From NCBI GenBank assembly GCA_963729715.1, contig CAVSPA010000006.1:416001-480000 (forward strand): a stretch of 64,000 nucleotides of DNA, written 5' to 3'. A program made the translations under genes and the position numbers. This DNA is from an uncultured delta proteobacterium. GTDB taxonomy: Bacteria; Desulfobacterota; Syntrophia; Syntrophales; UBA2185. The notes below the pieces were generated by a model. That model made no database searches, was not told where the DNA came from, and saw only the letters and a program-made list of their open reading frames with translations. Shown one piece after another: positions 20,185 to 30,508 of this stretch (position 1 is its first letter; every line of letters begins with the position of its first letter).

Positions 20185-20793
20185 CTATTTCGCAGTATAC
20201 CCGCGGGCATCAAGGCACGCGCTCATCGCACGTTGATAATCTGAACGTTTCTGAACCGATGGCACGCCGCCCGCCGGTTGGGTAGGATCGTAGCCGGTCT
20301 GGCCAACAGCCCAGCGATGACACTGATAGCGATCCTCCGCCTGTTGCTTCTCACTCTGGCCTTTACGGGGATAGATAAACAACTGCTCTACTGATGGCGC
20401 CGACGGCGGTACCTGGTTGACCGCACCTTGCGGTGGATTAACAACCATATAACCACCTTCCACCGGAGCATAATAATAACCATCAGCATAGTAGTAAGGG
20501 TAACTGCCTATCATAACTGTCGTGTAATAAAATGGTAGAAAGGCAACTATTGGAGCCCAAGGATACCACCATCCACCATAGTACCACCCATGATATCCAC
20601 CATGCCACCCGCCGTGATATCCACCATACCCACCATGATATCCAGCGTATGATACTCCCGGTACGCCTTGCCTCTGCGCACTTACCACCTCCGGACATGC
20701 GAACAACATGATTCCTGAAACGGAGGCCAACATGATCACGAATGCAACGCACTTAATTATATTGCGAATATTTGTCATATGTATCTGCTCCAT
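20185..20793 (-). CDS. Exported Gly/Tyr/His-repeat protein
   Basis: Signal peptide, GGYH/GGWH repeats, Tyr-rich beta segment and a C-terminal IYPRKGQS..QCHRWA..ACLDARGY domain. Confidence 0.8.
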   Translation of the reverse strand: MEQIHMTNIRNIIKCVAFVIMLASVSGIMLFACPEVVSAQRQGVPGVSYAGYHGGYGGYHGGWHGGYHGWYYGGWWYPWAPIVAFLPFYYTTVMIGSYPYYYADGYYYAPVEGGYMVVNPPQGAVNQVPPSAPSVEQLFIYPRKGQSEKQQAEDRYQCHRWAVGQTGYDPTQPAGGVPSVQKRSDYQRAMSACLDARGYTAK

Positions 20794-21464
20794 AAAATAG
20801 ATATTTTTTAATACACTTACTCTGTGCCATAACTATGATATCCAGGCACGCAGACATTGTACGCAGGAAGTCGCGTACCCTTCTTTCAATCTCATTGTCT
20901 CGCATCTGTCACGCAGGCTAATAAAATAGCTTTCTGGCATGCCAAGGAAAAATTTCCATATCGTAACCGCTAACTATCTTATTCTAAGTTTACATTACAA
21001 TTGACGTAAATTCAATAAATAACTGCCTTGCCATCATCTCCGTCCTTAGTGACTTATGATTTTTTGACTCATTGACAACTTTATCAATAACCTGAATGTG
21101 CGGAAACTTATGCAAGCTTTCTCTTGGCAATGATCAGCTCTATCAATGTCCCGACTATTCCTGGGATGCATCATACACTCATAGCGCCCCATAGAAAAGA
21201 GATGTGCGGGAGAAGGCTATCTGAAATGTGCCGAAAAGAGTCCCTCGTAACAGGTGAAACAACCCCAAACCGGATTCCTCAACTGGAAGATTCACCAACG
21301 CGATACACATATTCCATCATCACGAATATCGCACCCCATATTTTGTGGTCAAAATTCTTTTGACACATGTGGTCGTTCTTCTTATAATTTTAACTCGGAA
21401 AAGCAATACCTTATAAATTGCTGACGAGCATATCTTTATCAATGAATAAAAAGGAAATCTGCTC

Positions 21465-22139
21465 ATGGCTTTTGCAAAGGAAATAAAATATTTATTATTA
21501 AACACTTTTCTCACGACAATCATCTATTATTTGTTATGTCTCTACGCCAAGACCCTCCGCTTGCAATTAGAAGACACGGAGAAGATTCAGAAGCATCTGG
21601 AGAATGGAGGGCGGATCATTATTTCCAGTTGGCATCAACGCTTTTTTGGCGGCTTCTTCCTTCCGTGGATTTTTAAGTGGTCACCCTGCATCATGATCAG
21701 CCAAAGCCGAGACGGGGATTTTATTTCCAAGGTCGTCCAGCACATCGGATGGATTCCGGTGCGAGGATCGAGCTCCCGGGGTGGCAAGGAGGCTCTCCAG
21801 GTCATGGTCCAGGGAGTCATAGAGAGACGTATTGGCGGCCACATCGTAGATGGCCCTACCGGGCCCCCCTGCGTCATCAAACCAGGCCTCATCTCATTAG
21901 CCCGGAGCGCTGATGCAGTTATCTGCCCCGGTATCGTTTCTTATGAAAACGCGTGGATAATGAACAGTTGGGATCATTTCATGGTTCCCAAACCGTTCAG
22001 CGGGGTTCTTTTTCGATTCGGCTCAACCTTTTCTGTGCCTGAAATAATGAGCGATGATCAGTTCGAGTCATTCCGCGAGGAACTGGAGGACGACCTGATT
22101 AAAGAGTACGAGGCTGCAGATAGATACTGGAGAAAATGA
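21465..22139 (+). CDS. DUF374 / LpxJ-like lysophospholipid acyltransferase family protein
   Basis: WH, ISQSRDG, VRGSSSRGG, DGPTGP and SWDHFMVPKPF. Confidence 0.85.
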   Translation: MAFAKEIKYLLLNTFLTTIIYYLLCLYAKTLRLQLEDTEKIQKHLENGGRIIISSWHQRFFGGFFLPWIFKWSPCIMISQSRDGDFISKVVQHIGWIPVRGSSSRGGKEALQVMVQGVIERRIGGHIVDGPTGPPCVIKPGLISLARSADAVICPGIVSYENAWIMNSWDHFMVPKPFSGVLFRFGSTFSVPEIMSDDQFESFREELEDDLIKEYEAADRYWRK

Positions 22140-22539
22140 GAGGCGAATCCTGCCGTATGCAAGAATATTCCGTACCTTATTCAGAGCCTATAGATCTCAT
22201 GCCACGAATACCTCCTGACCTTTTTCTGCAAGCGTTGCTGCTTTCAATCAATAATCTTCAAAATTATTCATGCAATGAGGTTGAGGCTTTTGTAGAACTA
22301 AACAACGCCTTTCTTTATTACTTCCTTCCCTTGTTTTTCTAATTAAACCCGCCAATAGAACGTTACAATCCGTAATCGGTATAGCAGAAAAAGAAAAATA
22401 CAGGGTCGATTTTCTTCTGTATCAAATATGAGATGAGATCGAGCCGCAACACACCACGCCACATATGCTTGCTCTTGATTATGTCGCCCCGGTGCGCTAA
22501 ACTGCCCCATCGTTATTCCACTATTGTAAATGGTCAGAT

Positions 22540-24165
22540 ATGCCACAACGCGCAGGAATCAAGAATTTACTGCCCTGGATTGCCGCCGTAGCAGGCGGCA
22601 TTGTGGCGTTCCTGGGCTACGCTGGCTTTGACCATTTCTACCTAGAGTGGATATGCCTCGTGCCCGTGCTGTGGGCGATTCGCGGGCAGAGCCCAAGACG
22701 TGCGTTCCTCATGGGCTGGGTCGCAGGTATTGTGGGGCACGGTGGAGGTTTCTACTGGATCGTCCATATGTTCCAACAATTCGCGGGGCTGGCATGGCCG
22801 TTCGCGGTACTTGGGCTGCTACTTATTGCCGCGGCGAATGGCATCGTGTTCGCGGCATGGGCAGGGATCATGCGGCTGATCATACGCGACACCGGCTGGA
22901 ACGTGGTCTGGGTCTCCCCCATAGTGTGGACCGCACTCGAAAAGTTCTGGCCCGAGATTTTCCCTAACTACCTCGGCGCGAGCCAATACAAGCTCAACCT
23001 TTTGACACAAATCGCAGATGTAACAGGCATCCTCGGAGTTACTTTCCTCGTCGTATATGCTAATTCCATGATCTATTCGGTGATTGAGGGCCAGCTCAAT
23101 AAGCGGCCCTTTTCTCTGCGTCCGGTAGTGGTTTTCACGACTGTCGTTGCGCTGATGATAGGTTACGGGGAGGTCCGCATGCACATGGTTGACCAGCAGG
23201 CCTCCATGGCTGAGAAGCTGACAGTCGGCGTAGTCCAGATTAATCGTGATGCAGGGGAGAAGTATAATGAACCAGTTCGTTTTGTCCGCGAGCACCAGGA
23301 AATGTCCAAAGACATTACCGCCACCGGCGCCGTCGACCTCATCGTGTGGCCGGAGAGTGCCTACCCCCTCAACCTCATCACGTCCCGGGAGGGTAAGCTT
23401 CCACCTGATGTGCTTGGTAATCTGCACACGCCAACGCTGTTCGGCGCAGTCTTGCGCATTGACCAGGGCGGCAAACCCCGCTTCTATAACAGCGCCGTAC
23501 TTGCAGACGGGATGGGGAAAATCCTCGGTACGTACGACAAGATGGTGCTCGTGCCCTTCGGTGAGTACATCCCCTTCGGCGATACATTCACATGGCTGTA
23601 CTCATGGTCGCCCTACTCTAGCCGGTTCTGGCCGGGAGAGAACGATGAGCCACTCCAGCTCGGAAGGCACCTGATCTCGGTAAACATCTGCTATGAGGAT
23701 ATCTTTCCCGGGCAGATCCGTTTACTCATGAACGGAGGGCGTTACCACCGTGTTCCTGAAGCGATGTTCAACCTGACCGACGACTCCTGGTACGGTAATA
23801 CGGTCGAACCAATGGAGCATCTCGCCCTCGCAAGCTTCCGCGCAATCGAGCACCGTCGGTCCCTTGTTCGGACCACGAATACCGGTATATCTGCCATTGT
23901 GGACCCGGTAGGTCGGATTGACCACCGCATCAGGCAATGGACAAAGGGGACGCTTGTCGGGCCGATCCCGATAATGTATGGCCGCACAGTCTATGCCGTG
24001 ATCGGGGACTGGTTAGGATGGCTGTGTGTCATCCTCGTACTCCTTGGCATCGGCCGAGTATACCAGTTGACCAGGACTCGCGTCGAGAAAGCGAAGGTAC
24101 TTGGAAGCAAGGGGAAGAAACGTCGCCAGGATCTCCCTGCACAGCACAAGCGACCGCGGAAATAA
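22540..24165 (+). CDS. lnt: Apolipoprotein N-acyltransferase
   Basis: Multiple TM helices followed by a nitrilase domain with triad WPES / YDKMVLVPFGEY / ICYED. Confidence 0.93.
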   Translation: MPQRAGIKNLLPWIAAVAGGIVAFLGYAGFDHFYLEWICLVPVLWAIRGQSPRRAFLMGWVAGIVGHGGGFYWIVHMFQQFAGLAWPFAVLGLLLIAAANGIVFAAWAGIMRLIIRDTGWNVVWVSPIVWTALEKFWPEIFPNYLGASQYKLNLLTQIADVTGILGVTFLVVYANSMIYSVIEGQLNKRPFSLRPVVVFTTVVALMIGYGEVRMHMVDQQASMAEKLTVGVVQINRDAGEKYNEPVRFVREHQEMSKDITATGAVDLIVWPESAYPLNLITSREGKLPPDVLGNLHTPTLFGAVLRIDQGGKPRFYNSAVLADGMGKILGTYDKMVLVPFGEYIPFGDTFTWLYSWSPYSSRFWPGENDEPLQLGRHLISVNICYEDIFPGQIRLLMNGGRYHRVPEAMFNLTDDSWYGNTVEPMEHLALASFRAIEHRRSLVRTTNTGISAIVDPVGRIDHRIRQWTKGTLVGPIPIMYGRTVYAVIGDWLGWLCVILVLLGIGRVYQLTRTRVEKAKVLGSKGKKRRQDLPAQHKRPRK

Positions 24166-24552
24166 TGAGTCATATAAGAGTTCGCACCGAAAAAATAATT
24201 TTAAAAAGAATGTTTATATTATTTGAATAAGACTTACAGACATTAGAAGTGAGCGTAGATAGATCGGCTCCCAGTAGCCTTAGCGTTATTACTCAATTTA
24301 ATTCGTAACTCACAACATCAAGACTTTTTAAAATCGTTTTTTTTAGGTGAAGCAAACAGTCCTTCCTTTCAGGTCTTTCTTCCTTGGACTGTTGATTTTC
24401 TGATTCAGACAACCCGCACTACAGTTCACTCGGTAATCGCCAAAAAAATCCGAGAACTCTAACTCAAAATGTGTTACAAGCTCCAGGGGCAGGTCAATGT
24501 CTTGGTTAGTGTCTCGGGCTCAATACAAACCATAATGATACGATGGAATAAA

Positions 24553-25482
24553 ATGAAAAAATTCTTAGGGTACGGATTGGTCGTTGTCGTTGCCATCGTT
24601 GTCCTGCTGGTGGGATTTTACTTCTTTTTCCCGGAAGCGGCTTTCAAGTTGGCGATGGACGTCCAAAGACGCTCCGCCGATTTGGTCAAAAAGGAAGTCC
24701 AAGTCGATGATCACAGGATAGTCTACCTGGAAGGAGGAACAGGAGAAACAGTCATACTTCTTCATGGATTCGGCGGCAACAAAGATAACTGGACGGCATT
24801 CGCCAAATACTTGAAGGGCTACCACCTGGTTATCCCCGACGTCCCTGGTTTCGGTGAGAGCTCGCAGGTGCCGACGGATAGTTACGATGTCGAGAGCCAG
24901 GTGGGGCGCATCAACAGATTTGTGGAGGTGCTCAAGCTCGATAAATTCCACATGGCAGGAAATTCAATGGGAGGTGCATTGACTGCAACCTACGGAGCAA
25001 AACACCCCGACAAGGTCCTGACTCTTGCCCTATTGGACACGTCTGGAGCTCCATCTCAGAACAAGAGCGAGCTCGTCATGCAACTGGAGAAGGGCAATAA
25101 TCCGTTGCTCGCTAGCAACACCGACGATTTCGATAAGCTTATGGCATTGATTTTCGTGAAGACGCCGACAATCCCCACATCTTTCAAGAAAATTATGGTC
25201 GCAGATTTGATCGCCCACGCGGAGTTCAACAAGAAAATATGGAACGACAGGCAGCCGAATCAATTCACTTTAGCAGCCTTTCTACCCCTGATTCAGGCAC
25301 CCGTCCTGATCATATGGGGGGATCGGGACAAACTGACGGACGTAGGAGGCGTTACTTTTCTGGAAAAGAATCTAAAGAATTACAGGACGGTTATCATGAA
25401 CGATACAGGACATTGTCCCATGGTTGAGAAGCCTGAAGAAACAGCGAAGGCCTATATGAGTTTCTTGAAGGAGAAAAGGTGA
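24553..25482 (+). CDS. Membrane-anchored alpha/beta hydrolase (lipase/esterase-like)
   Basis: N-terminal TM anchor, LHGFG, PGFGES, GNSMGG, WGDRD and TGH. ATG 24553 preferred as start. Confidence 0.88.
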   Translation: MKKFLGYGLVVVVAIVVLLVGFYFFFPEAAFKLAMDVQRRSADLVKKEVQVDDHRIVYLEGGTGETVILLHGFGGNKDNWTAFAKYLKGYHLVIPDVPGFGESSQVPTDSYDVESQVGRINRFVEVLKLDKFHMAGNSMGGALTATYGAKHPDKVLTLALLDTSGAPSQNKSELVMQLEKGNNPLLASNTDDFDKLMALIFVKTPTIPTSFKKIMVADLIAHAEFNKKIWNDRQPNQFTLAAFLPLIQAPVLIIWGDRDKLTDVGGVTFLEKNLKNYRTVIMNDTGHCPMVEKPEETAKAYMSFLKEKR

Positions 25483-25553
25483 AGATTCCTTATAATGGAT
25501 TGTACTAGTGACGGCATTAACCGTATCTCTCAGATCCCCACTGCAATTGAAGA

Positions 25554-25581
25554 AGAGGCAGGGTCATCATGCCCTGCCTCT
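25554..25581 (+). terminator. Stem-loop downstream of the hydrolase
   Basis: agaggcaggg/ccctgcctct 10-bp stem, with a weak T tract. Confidence 0.55.
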
Positions 25582-25969
25582 ATGGTACATTTCGATCTGT
25601 AATCCTCAGTCTCAGTCTAAATTGATCTCCACTACTGAAACTTTGGTGAACTCAACGTTCGCCTATTTGGTACTTCTTTCTGAAAGTCCACAAACCATTA
25701 ACCTTGATGAAGATACAACACCTTAAACCGTAGTCATTAATATTCTTTCCAAAATAATAATGATATATATAAACGGTTAAAATAGTGTGGCACCGCTGGG
25801 GAAAGAGGCTATGAATGAGAAAACAAAATTTAATTTCAATCGTCAACAAGGGCGGGACAGGGGAAACAAAAATAACTGTGTGCGGTTACGGAATCATGTT
25901 AGAACCCACCTAATGGGGTGTCATGAATGGCAGGCCCTTGGGCTTGAAATCAGCGGGAGGTGAAAACTC

Positions 25970-26715
25970 ATGAAGACAGTTTCTTTCCATACTCGATCCT
26001 TTGTGTTCTGTCTCTGCCTTCTGCTGGCAGGTGTTTTGCCGGATTGGTTTACGGCCAGCAGACGGGGATAGGGCAGCAAGATCGAATGCCAAACAGTGCG
26101 CCAGGTTTGGAGACCCAGATAGCGGCAGGGAAAAACACCATATACCAGGATCAGTAGGCTATAGCGGCAGCGCAAACTTTGCTGTCCGGATATATGCAGG
26201 ATTGGGACACCCTGAAGAAGGAGCTCCTGGCATGCCGAAATGCACTGGACATCTCGAACAAAAAGTCCCAGGCAGACCAACATAAACTTGACGATCTGAA
26301 TAAGCAGCTCCAGAGCGCGCAGGCAGCACACAACCAGAAAGGAGCGGCCAACCTGCAGACCAAGATAACGGCGACACAGCAGGAAGTCAATATGTTATTG
26401 TCCTATATAACGGACTTAACGGGGCAAATAAGCGATTTAGAGACGAATTTAATACCGCAGAATCAGCAAAAGGTCGCACAAGAACAAGCCGACCTAAACA
26501 GATTGCAGGATATACTCCAGCACGACCAGAATGCGTTGAACAATCTGAGACATGCAGGGCACATGGGCCAGCAAGGTACCGCCTCAAGCGCGGCGGCTCC
26601 GACCGACGCGAAGAGTGCAGCGAAGCAAGGAAGCGCTGCGGCTGCAAGCACCACTACAAACTCGGCTAGCGGACAGAAAGGTGCCGTTCCAGGACCAGGG
26701 CTACCCGTGGATTAG
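25970..26715 (+). pseudogene. Disrupted gene for an exported Gln-rich coiled-coil protein
   Basis: RBS gggagg and ATG 25970 encode a signal peptide. A frameshift near the T-run at 26034-26037 and an in-frame TAG at 26155-26157 precede the 178-aa coiled-coil ORF. Confidence 0.6.
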
Positions 26716-26935
26716 CTCACCATCGGCAAGAAGGGCCTCCGCTAATCCTGGAAACAGATGAAGAAAAAAGAAGGAACCGGTAAGCAAAAGCCAGGCGGGA
26801 GATGCGTCTCAGAGAAAAATAAAAGGAAAAGGAATGCCAACTCGATGCGAACAGCTGCGAGTTAGCTTGATAATACTACGTGCTTAAATTAGCTTACGTA
26901 TTTTATGCCCAGGTTTAAGAATTTCCATGTACTAG

Positions 26936-27007
26936 TGTCATTTCCAGCGTAGCGATAAATCTTAACGGGGGTAAAATAAAAGATATCTCCCTTCGGTCGC
27001 TATGACA
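26936..27007. repeat. REP-like palindromic element, copy 2 (inverted relative to copy 1)
   Basis: Shares aaaagatatctcccttcggtcg-tatgaca and tgtcattt with the reverse complement of 16419-16497. Confidence 0.75.
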
Positions 27008-27026
27008 CCTTAAGAGTATATAAGCA

Positions 27027-27662
27027 GTGTGGGAACTTATTACAATCTTCGTTTCTTCTTTTATCATCGCCTTCTCCGGCGCTATGATGCCGGGGCCTCT
27101 GCTTACGGCGACAATCAGTGAGAGCTCGCAAAGGGGATTGGTCGCCGGACCTTTGCTTATCGCAGGTCATGGCATCCTGGAGATTATGCTGCTTGCTGCG
27201 CTTGTCTTGGGATTGGCCCCGTTTCTTCGGCGTAACGACGTCTTTGCCGTTGTCGCCATAGCCGGTGGTGTTATCCTGCTCTGGATGGCTGCCGCGATGT
27301 TCCGCGCCCTGCCGACGTTGACTTTGTCATTGATCACGGGGAAGACCAAGAGTGCCTCCCTGGTCATGAATGGAGCGATCCTGAGCATAGCTAATCCCTA
27401 CTGGGTGGTCTGGTGGGCGACAATAGGGTTTGGTTACGTCATTTATAGCTGGGGTTTCGGTATAGCAGGCCTAATATTTTTTTTCACGGGACACATTCTC
27501 GCAGATTTTGTCTGGTACTCAGCGGTTTCTGCGGCAGTAGGGAAGGGCAGGCATCTTTTCACTGATGGTTCTTATAGATGGGTCATGGGAACATGCGCAG
27601 TTGTATTAATTCTCTTTGCATGCTATTTCTTCTATGCCGGAGCACAGAAAATAATTGCTTGA
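27027..27662 (+). CDS. LysE-family translocator
   Basis: SGAMMPGP, GHGILE, SIANPYW and HILAD, with about six TM helices. Confidence 0.88.
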   Translation: MWELITIFVSSFIIAFSGAMMPGPLLTATISESSQRGLVAGPLLIAGHGILEIMLLAALVLGLAPFLRRNDVFAVVAIAGGVILLWMAAAMFRALPTLTLSLITGKTKSASLVMNGAILSIANPYWVVWWATIGFGYVIYSWGFGIAGLIFFFTGHILADFVWYSAVSAAVGKGRHLFTDGSYRWVMGTCAVVLILFACYFFYAGAQKIIA

Positions 27663-27688
27663 GAGATTGAAAGAGGAGAAAAGCCTGA

Positions 27689-28093
27689 ATGACGAAGAAG
27701 ACGCAAAAATCCGACCTCGATGGGCTGACTTTACTCAGGCGGGATGCCCAACCCACAAAGAATCTGGAAACATTTCCTAACCATCATCCGGGAAGGGACT
27801 ACGTTGTAACGCTAAAGACGGAAGAGTTCACATGCGCCTGTCCGGCGACGGGGCAGCCGGATTTTGCCAGGCTGATCATCCAGTACATACCGGACAAAAA
27901 GATTATCGAATCAAAGTCCCTGAAATTGTATCTCTGGTCTTACCGTGACGAAGGGGTGTTTCATGAGCATGTGGCCAACGTGATTCTTGACGATCTGGTT
28001 CTTGCTCTCAAGCCCCGGTGGTGCAAGGTAACGGCGGATTTTGCCGTCCGTGGGGGCATTTCCATTACCATAGATGCGGAATACAAAAAGTGA
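27689..28093 (+). CDS. queF: preQ0 reductase (type I, unimodular)
   Basis: EFTCACPATGQPDFA, QueF motif ESKSLKLYL, FHE and RGGI. Confidence 0.95.
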   Translation: MTKKTQKSDLDGLTLLRRDAQPTKNLETFPNHHPGRDYVVTLKTEEFTCACPATGQPDFARLIIQYIPDKKIIESKSLKLYLWSYRDEGVFHEHVANVILDDLVLALKPRWCKVTADFAVRGGISITIDAEYKK

Positions 28094-28162
28094 TCTTGCC
28101 GGCATGCCGGATACCCGTAATAAGGCCCCAAGATCATTGCCGGAATGTCATCTAGAATACTG

Positions 28163-28191
28163 TTGACATGGAAGGCTTCTGTTACTATGTT
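28163..28191 (+). promoter_or_regulatory. Sigma70-type promoter of the activator gene
   Basis: TTGACA-N17-TATGTT. Confidence 0.45.
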
Positions 28192-28222
28192 ATATTAAAA
28201 GAAATTTTTCAGGAAGAAGAAA

Positions 28223-29695
28223 GTGTCAAAACCTACATCCAGAACAAAAAAAGCAGATAATCTGAAATTAGTCGGAGCAGACGAATCCCATCAGGCCCGG
28301 CACAAATGTGATTTTTGCGAACTGGAAGATATCATTGAGGCATCCCATGACGGCCTTTTCATAACCGACGGGCAGGGGGTTATCCTGAGGGTAAATAGTG
28401 CATGGGAGCGTATTGCCGGAATCCAGAGGGACTTCGCCGTAGGAAAGTGCGCTAAGGACCTCGTAAATCATAAATGGTACACGGAATCTTCAGCAATGGC
28501 GGCAATCAGGGAAAGAAAGAAAGTGACAGTCATGCTGGAGATGCTCAAAGGGGAAAAAATCGGCCAGAAAATAATGGCGACGGCCATACCCATATGGGGT
28601 GACGATGGTGAAATCAGGCGGGTTGTCGCCAATATCAGAGATATAACGGAAATACTCTATTTGAAGCAGTTGCTCGAGAAGACGCAGCGGTTGAATGAAT
28701 TATATGCCGCCGAACTTGAGCAGATGAAGAACGTCGATATAGTCGCTCACAGCGAATCGACGAAGCGGCTAATGGAAATCGTGGCGCGCGTCGCCAGTTT
28801 CGATGTATCGGTGTTAATCACCGGCGAATCCGGTGTGGGCAAGGAAGTGATTGCGAATGCCATACATCAGCAAAGCCAGCGCTCCAAGGGCCCTCTCATC
28901 AAGGTGAACTCCGGAGCAATTCCTGAAACACTTCTTGAATCCGAACTTTTTGGTTACGATTACGGCGCTTTTACGGGTGCAAAAAAACAGGGGAAACCCG
29001 GCATGTTTGAGCTCGCAAATGAGGGGACCCTGTTTCTCGACGAAGTCGGCGATATACCATACAGTCTACAGGGAAAACTCTTAAGAGCCCTGCAGGATCG
29101 TGAGATCATGCGGATTGGTGGCGTGAAGCCCGCTCCCGTCGATGTGCGCATTGTTGCGGCGACAAACAAGAATCTTGAAGAAATGGTAAAAAAAGGCACT
29201 TTCCGTGACGACCTTTATTATCGTCTGAACGTCGTTGCGATTGAGATTCCTCCGCTCCGTGAGCGCAAAGAAGACATACCTATGTTTGTTTTGCACTTTC
29301 TGGATAAGATGAACAAGAAACACCAGTACAATAAGCGCATTTCACCGGAGGTTATAGATGTTCTGATGCTCTATTCCTGGCCCGGTAATGTGCGGGAATT
29401 GGAAAACGTAGTGGAGAGGATGATCATCATGACGGAGGGTGATGAGATAACCATGAAGCATCTGCCCATTCAGATCAAAAGTCAGATCTCTGCTGATGCA
29501 ATGAGCGTCATCGGGGGCAGCAGTTTCAAAACGACAATTGAGCAGGCGGAGAAGCAACTCCTGAAGCAGGCGCTCCAGAATCACAAGAGTACAAGAGGGA
29601 TCGCCAAGGCAATGAAGATCAATCAATCCACGGTCGTGCGCAAACTGAAGAAATATAACCTCGGTCCATCCCCGGATAACGAACCACAGAAATAA
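28223..29695 (+). CDS. PAS-domain sigma54-dependent transcriptional activator
   Basis: PAS domain, Walker [37 protein letters not shown] and a C-terminal HTH (INQSTVVRK). Confidence 0.95.
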   Translation: MSKPTSRTKKADNLKLVGADESHQARHKCDFCELEDIIEASHDGLFITDGQGVILRVNSAWERIAGIQRDFAVGKCAKDLVNHKWYTESSAMAAIRERKKVTVMLEMLKGEKIGQKIMATAIPIWGDDGEIRRVVANIRDITEILYLKQLLEKTQRLNELYAAELEQMKNVDIVAHSESTKRLMEIVARVASFDVSVLITGESGVGKEVIANAIHQQSQRSKGPLIKVNSGAIPETLLESELFGYDYGAFTGAKKQGKPGMFELANEGTLFLDEVGDIPYSLQGKLLRALQDREIMRIGGVKPAPVDVRIVAATNKNLEEMVKKGTFRDDLYYRLNVVAIEIPPLRERKEDIPMFVLHFLDKMNKKHQYNKRISPEVIDVLMLYSWPGNVRELENVVERMIIMTEGDEITMKHLPIQIKSQISADAMSVIGGSSFKTTIEQAEKQLLKQALQNHKSTRGIAKAMKINQSTVVRKLKKYNLGPSPDNEPQK

Positions 29696-29802
29696 TTTTT
29701 GATCCTTCGGGCGCGAAGGCCAATCCTACCTTAATTTGCAGAACAGGCACAAATTCTCTTGCAAGATTACAAGAGATATCTGTTTCTTCGGCAACTCCAC
29801 AC

Positions 29803-30255
29803 CTATTTGTAAACAGCCATCCGTTGGGAATGGGCCAGCCTCTTCATGATGCGCTGGGCATGGCGCACATGAATTTCTATGTGATAAATTTTCTTCAGAT
29901 ACTTAACCAGTTCCTTGCCGTCCCAGCGGTTACTGGAGACTCCAACTTCGCGCGGTGAATTCGTCAAGACCGCTTCGAGCTTCTTCATCACCTCCCTCTT
30001 AATGCGGGGCGGCCTGCCCATACGCCGTCGGTCGAGTACCGCCTCTGCTCCTTCCCTGTTTGCCTTCTGAATCCATTTCACTACCGTCCAGCGGGTTAAA
30101 CCAAAAAGCTCCGCTGCCTGGGCGGATTTCCACCCGGCCACAATCAGGAGCAGAACGGCGATACGTATCCCAATCCAGGCCCCAGGCGTCCGGTCGGCTA
30201 AACGAAGCAGAGCCTCTCTGGTAAGTTCCGGATGATCGAGCGTCAATGCCTTCAT
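29803..30255 (-). mobile_element. IS630-family transposase N-terminal HTH module with no DDE domain
   Basis: AAELFGLTRWTVVKWI..GRPP..RWDGKEL..YHIEIHVRHAQRIM matches the IS630 double HTH. It stops about 110 bp from the convergent activator gene. Confidence 0.7.
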
Positions 30256-30285
30256 GTCTCTGCCCCCTTTCTTTCTTTTGAGGGC

Positions 30286-30314
30286 AGCATATCAGGGACG
30301 TTCTGCGATGTCTA
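30286..30314 (-). promoter_or_regulatory. Sigma70-type promoter of the IS630-HTH ORF
   Basis: Minus strand TAGACA-N17-TATGCT, with RBS aaggggg before the ATG. Confidence 0.45.
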
Positions 30315-30431
30315 CTTATATATGTCGTTTGTGGTTCGGATCATCGCCTCTGTTTTGAAAACATAAGCGGATATTTATTGGAGGTGTCGGGACGTACAGG
30401 AAGGATTTGTGCGTTGATTGTGTCTCAAAGT

Positions 30432-30462
30432 AAAAGGGAGACGAGTTATCCCCGTCTCCCCC
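30432..30462 (-). terminator. Intrinsic terminator after the acyl-CoA dehydrogenase
   Basis: gggagacg/cgtctccc stem with a minus-strand T tract. Confidence 0.7.
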
Positions 30463-30508
30463 GAAGTTCATAAACTCAGGCTAAATCATCAAGCCTGCGC
30501 AGTATAGG

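Noticed and set aside
21100..21385. Possible decayed membrane-protein gene on the minus strand
   Set aside because: Only short hydrophobic fragments broken by stops; no family can be assigned.
26155..26157. Pyrrolysine or programmed read-through at the TAG
   Set aside because: The same gene also has a frameshift, no pyl genes are in the window, and CAG to TAG is the simpler explanation.
17900..27000. Integron cassette array or CRISPR array
   Set aside because: No integrase, no convincing attC hairpins, no regularly spaced repeats, and genes lie on both strands.
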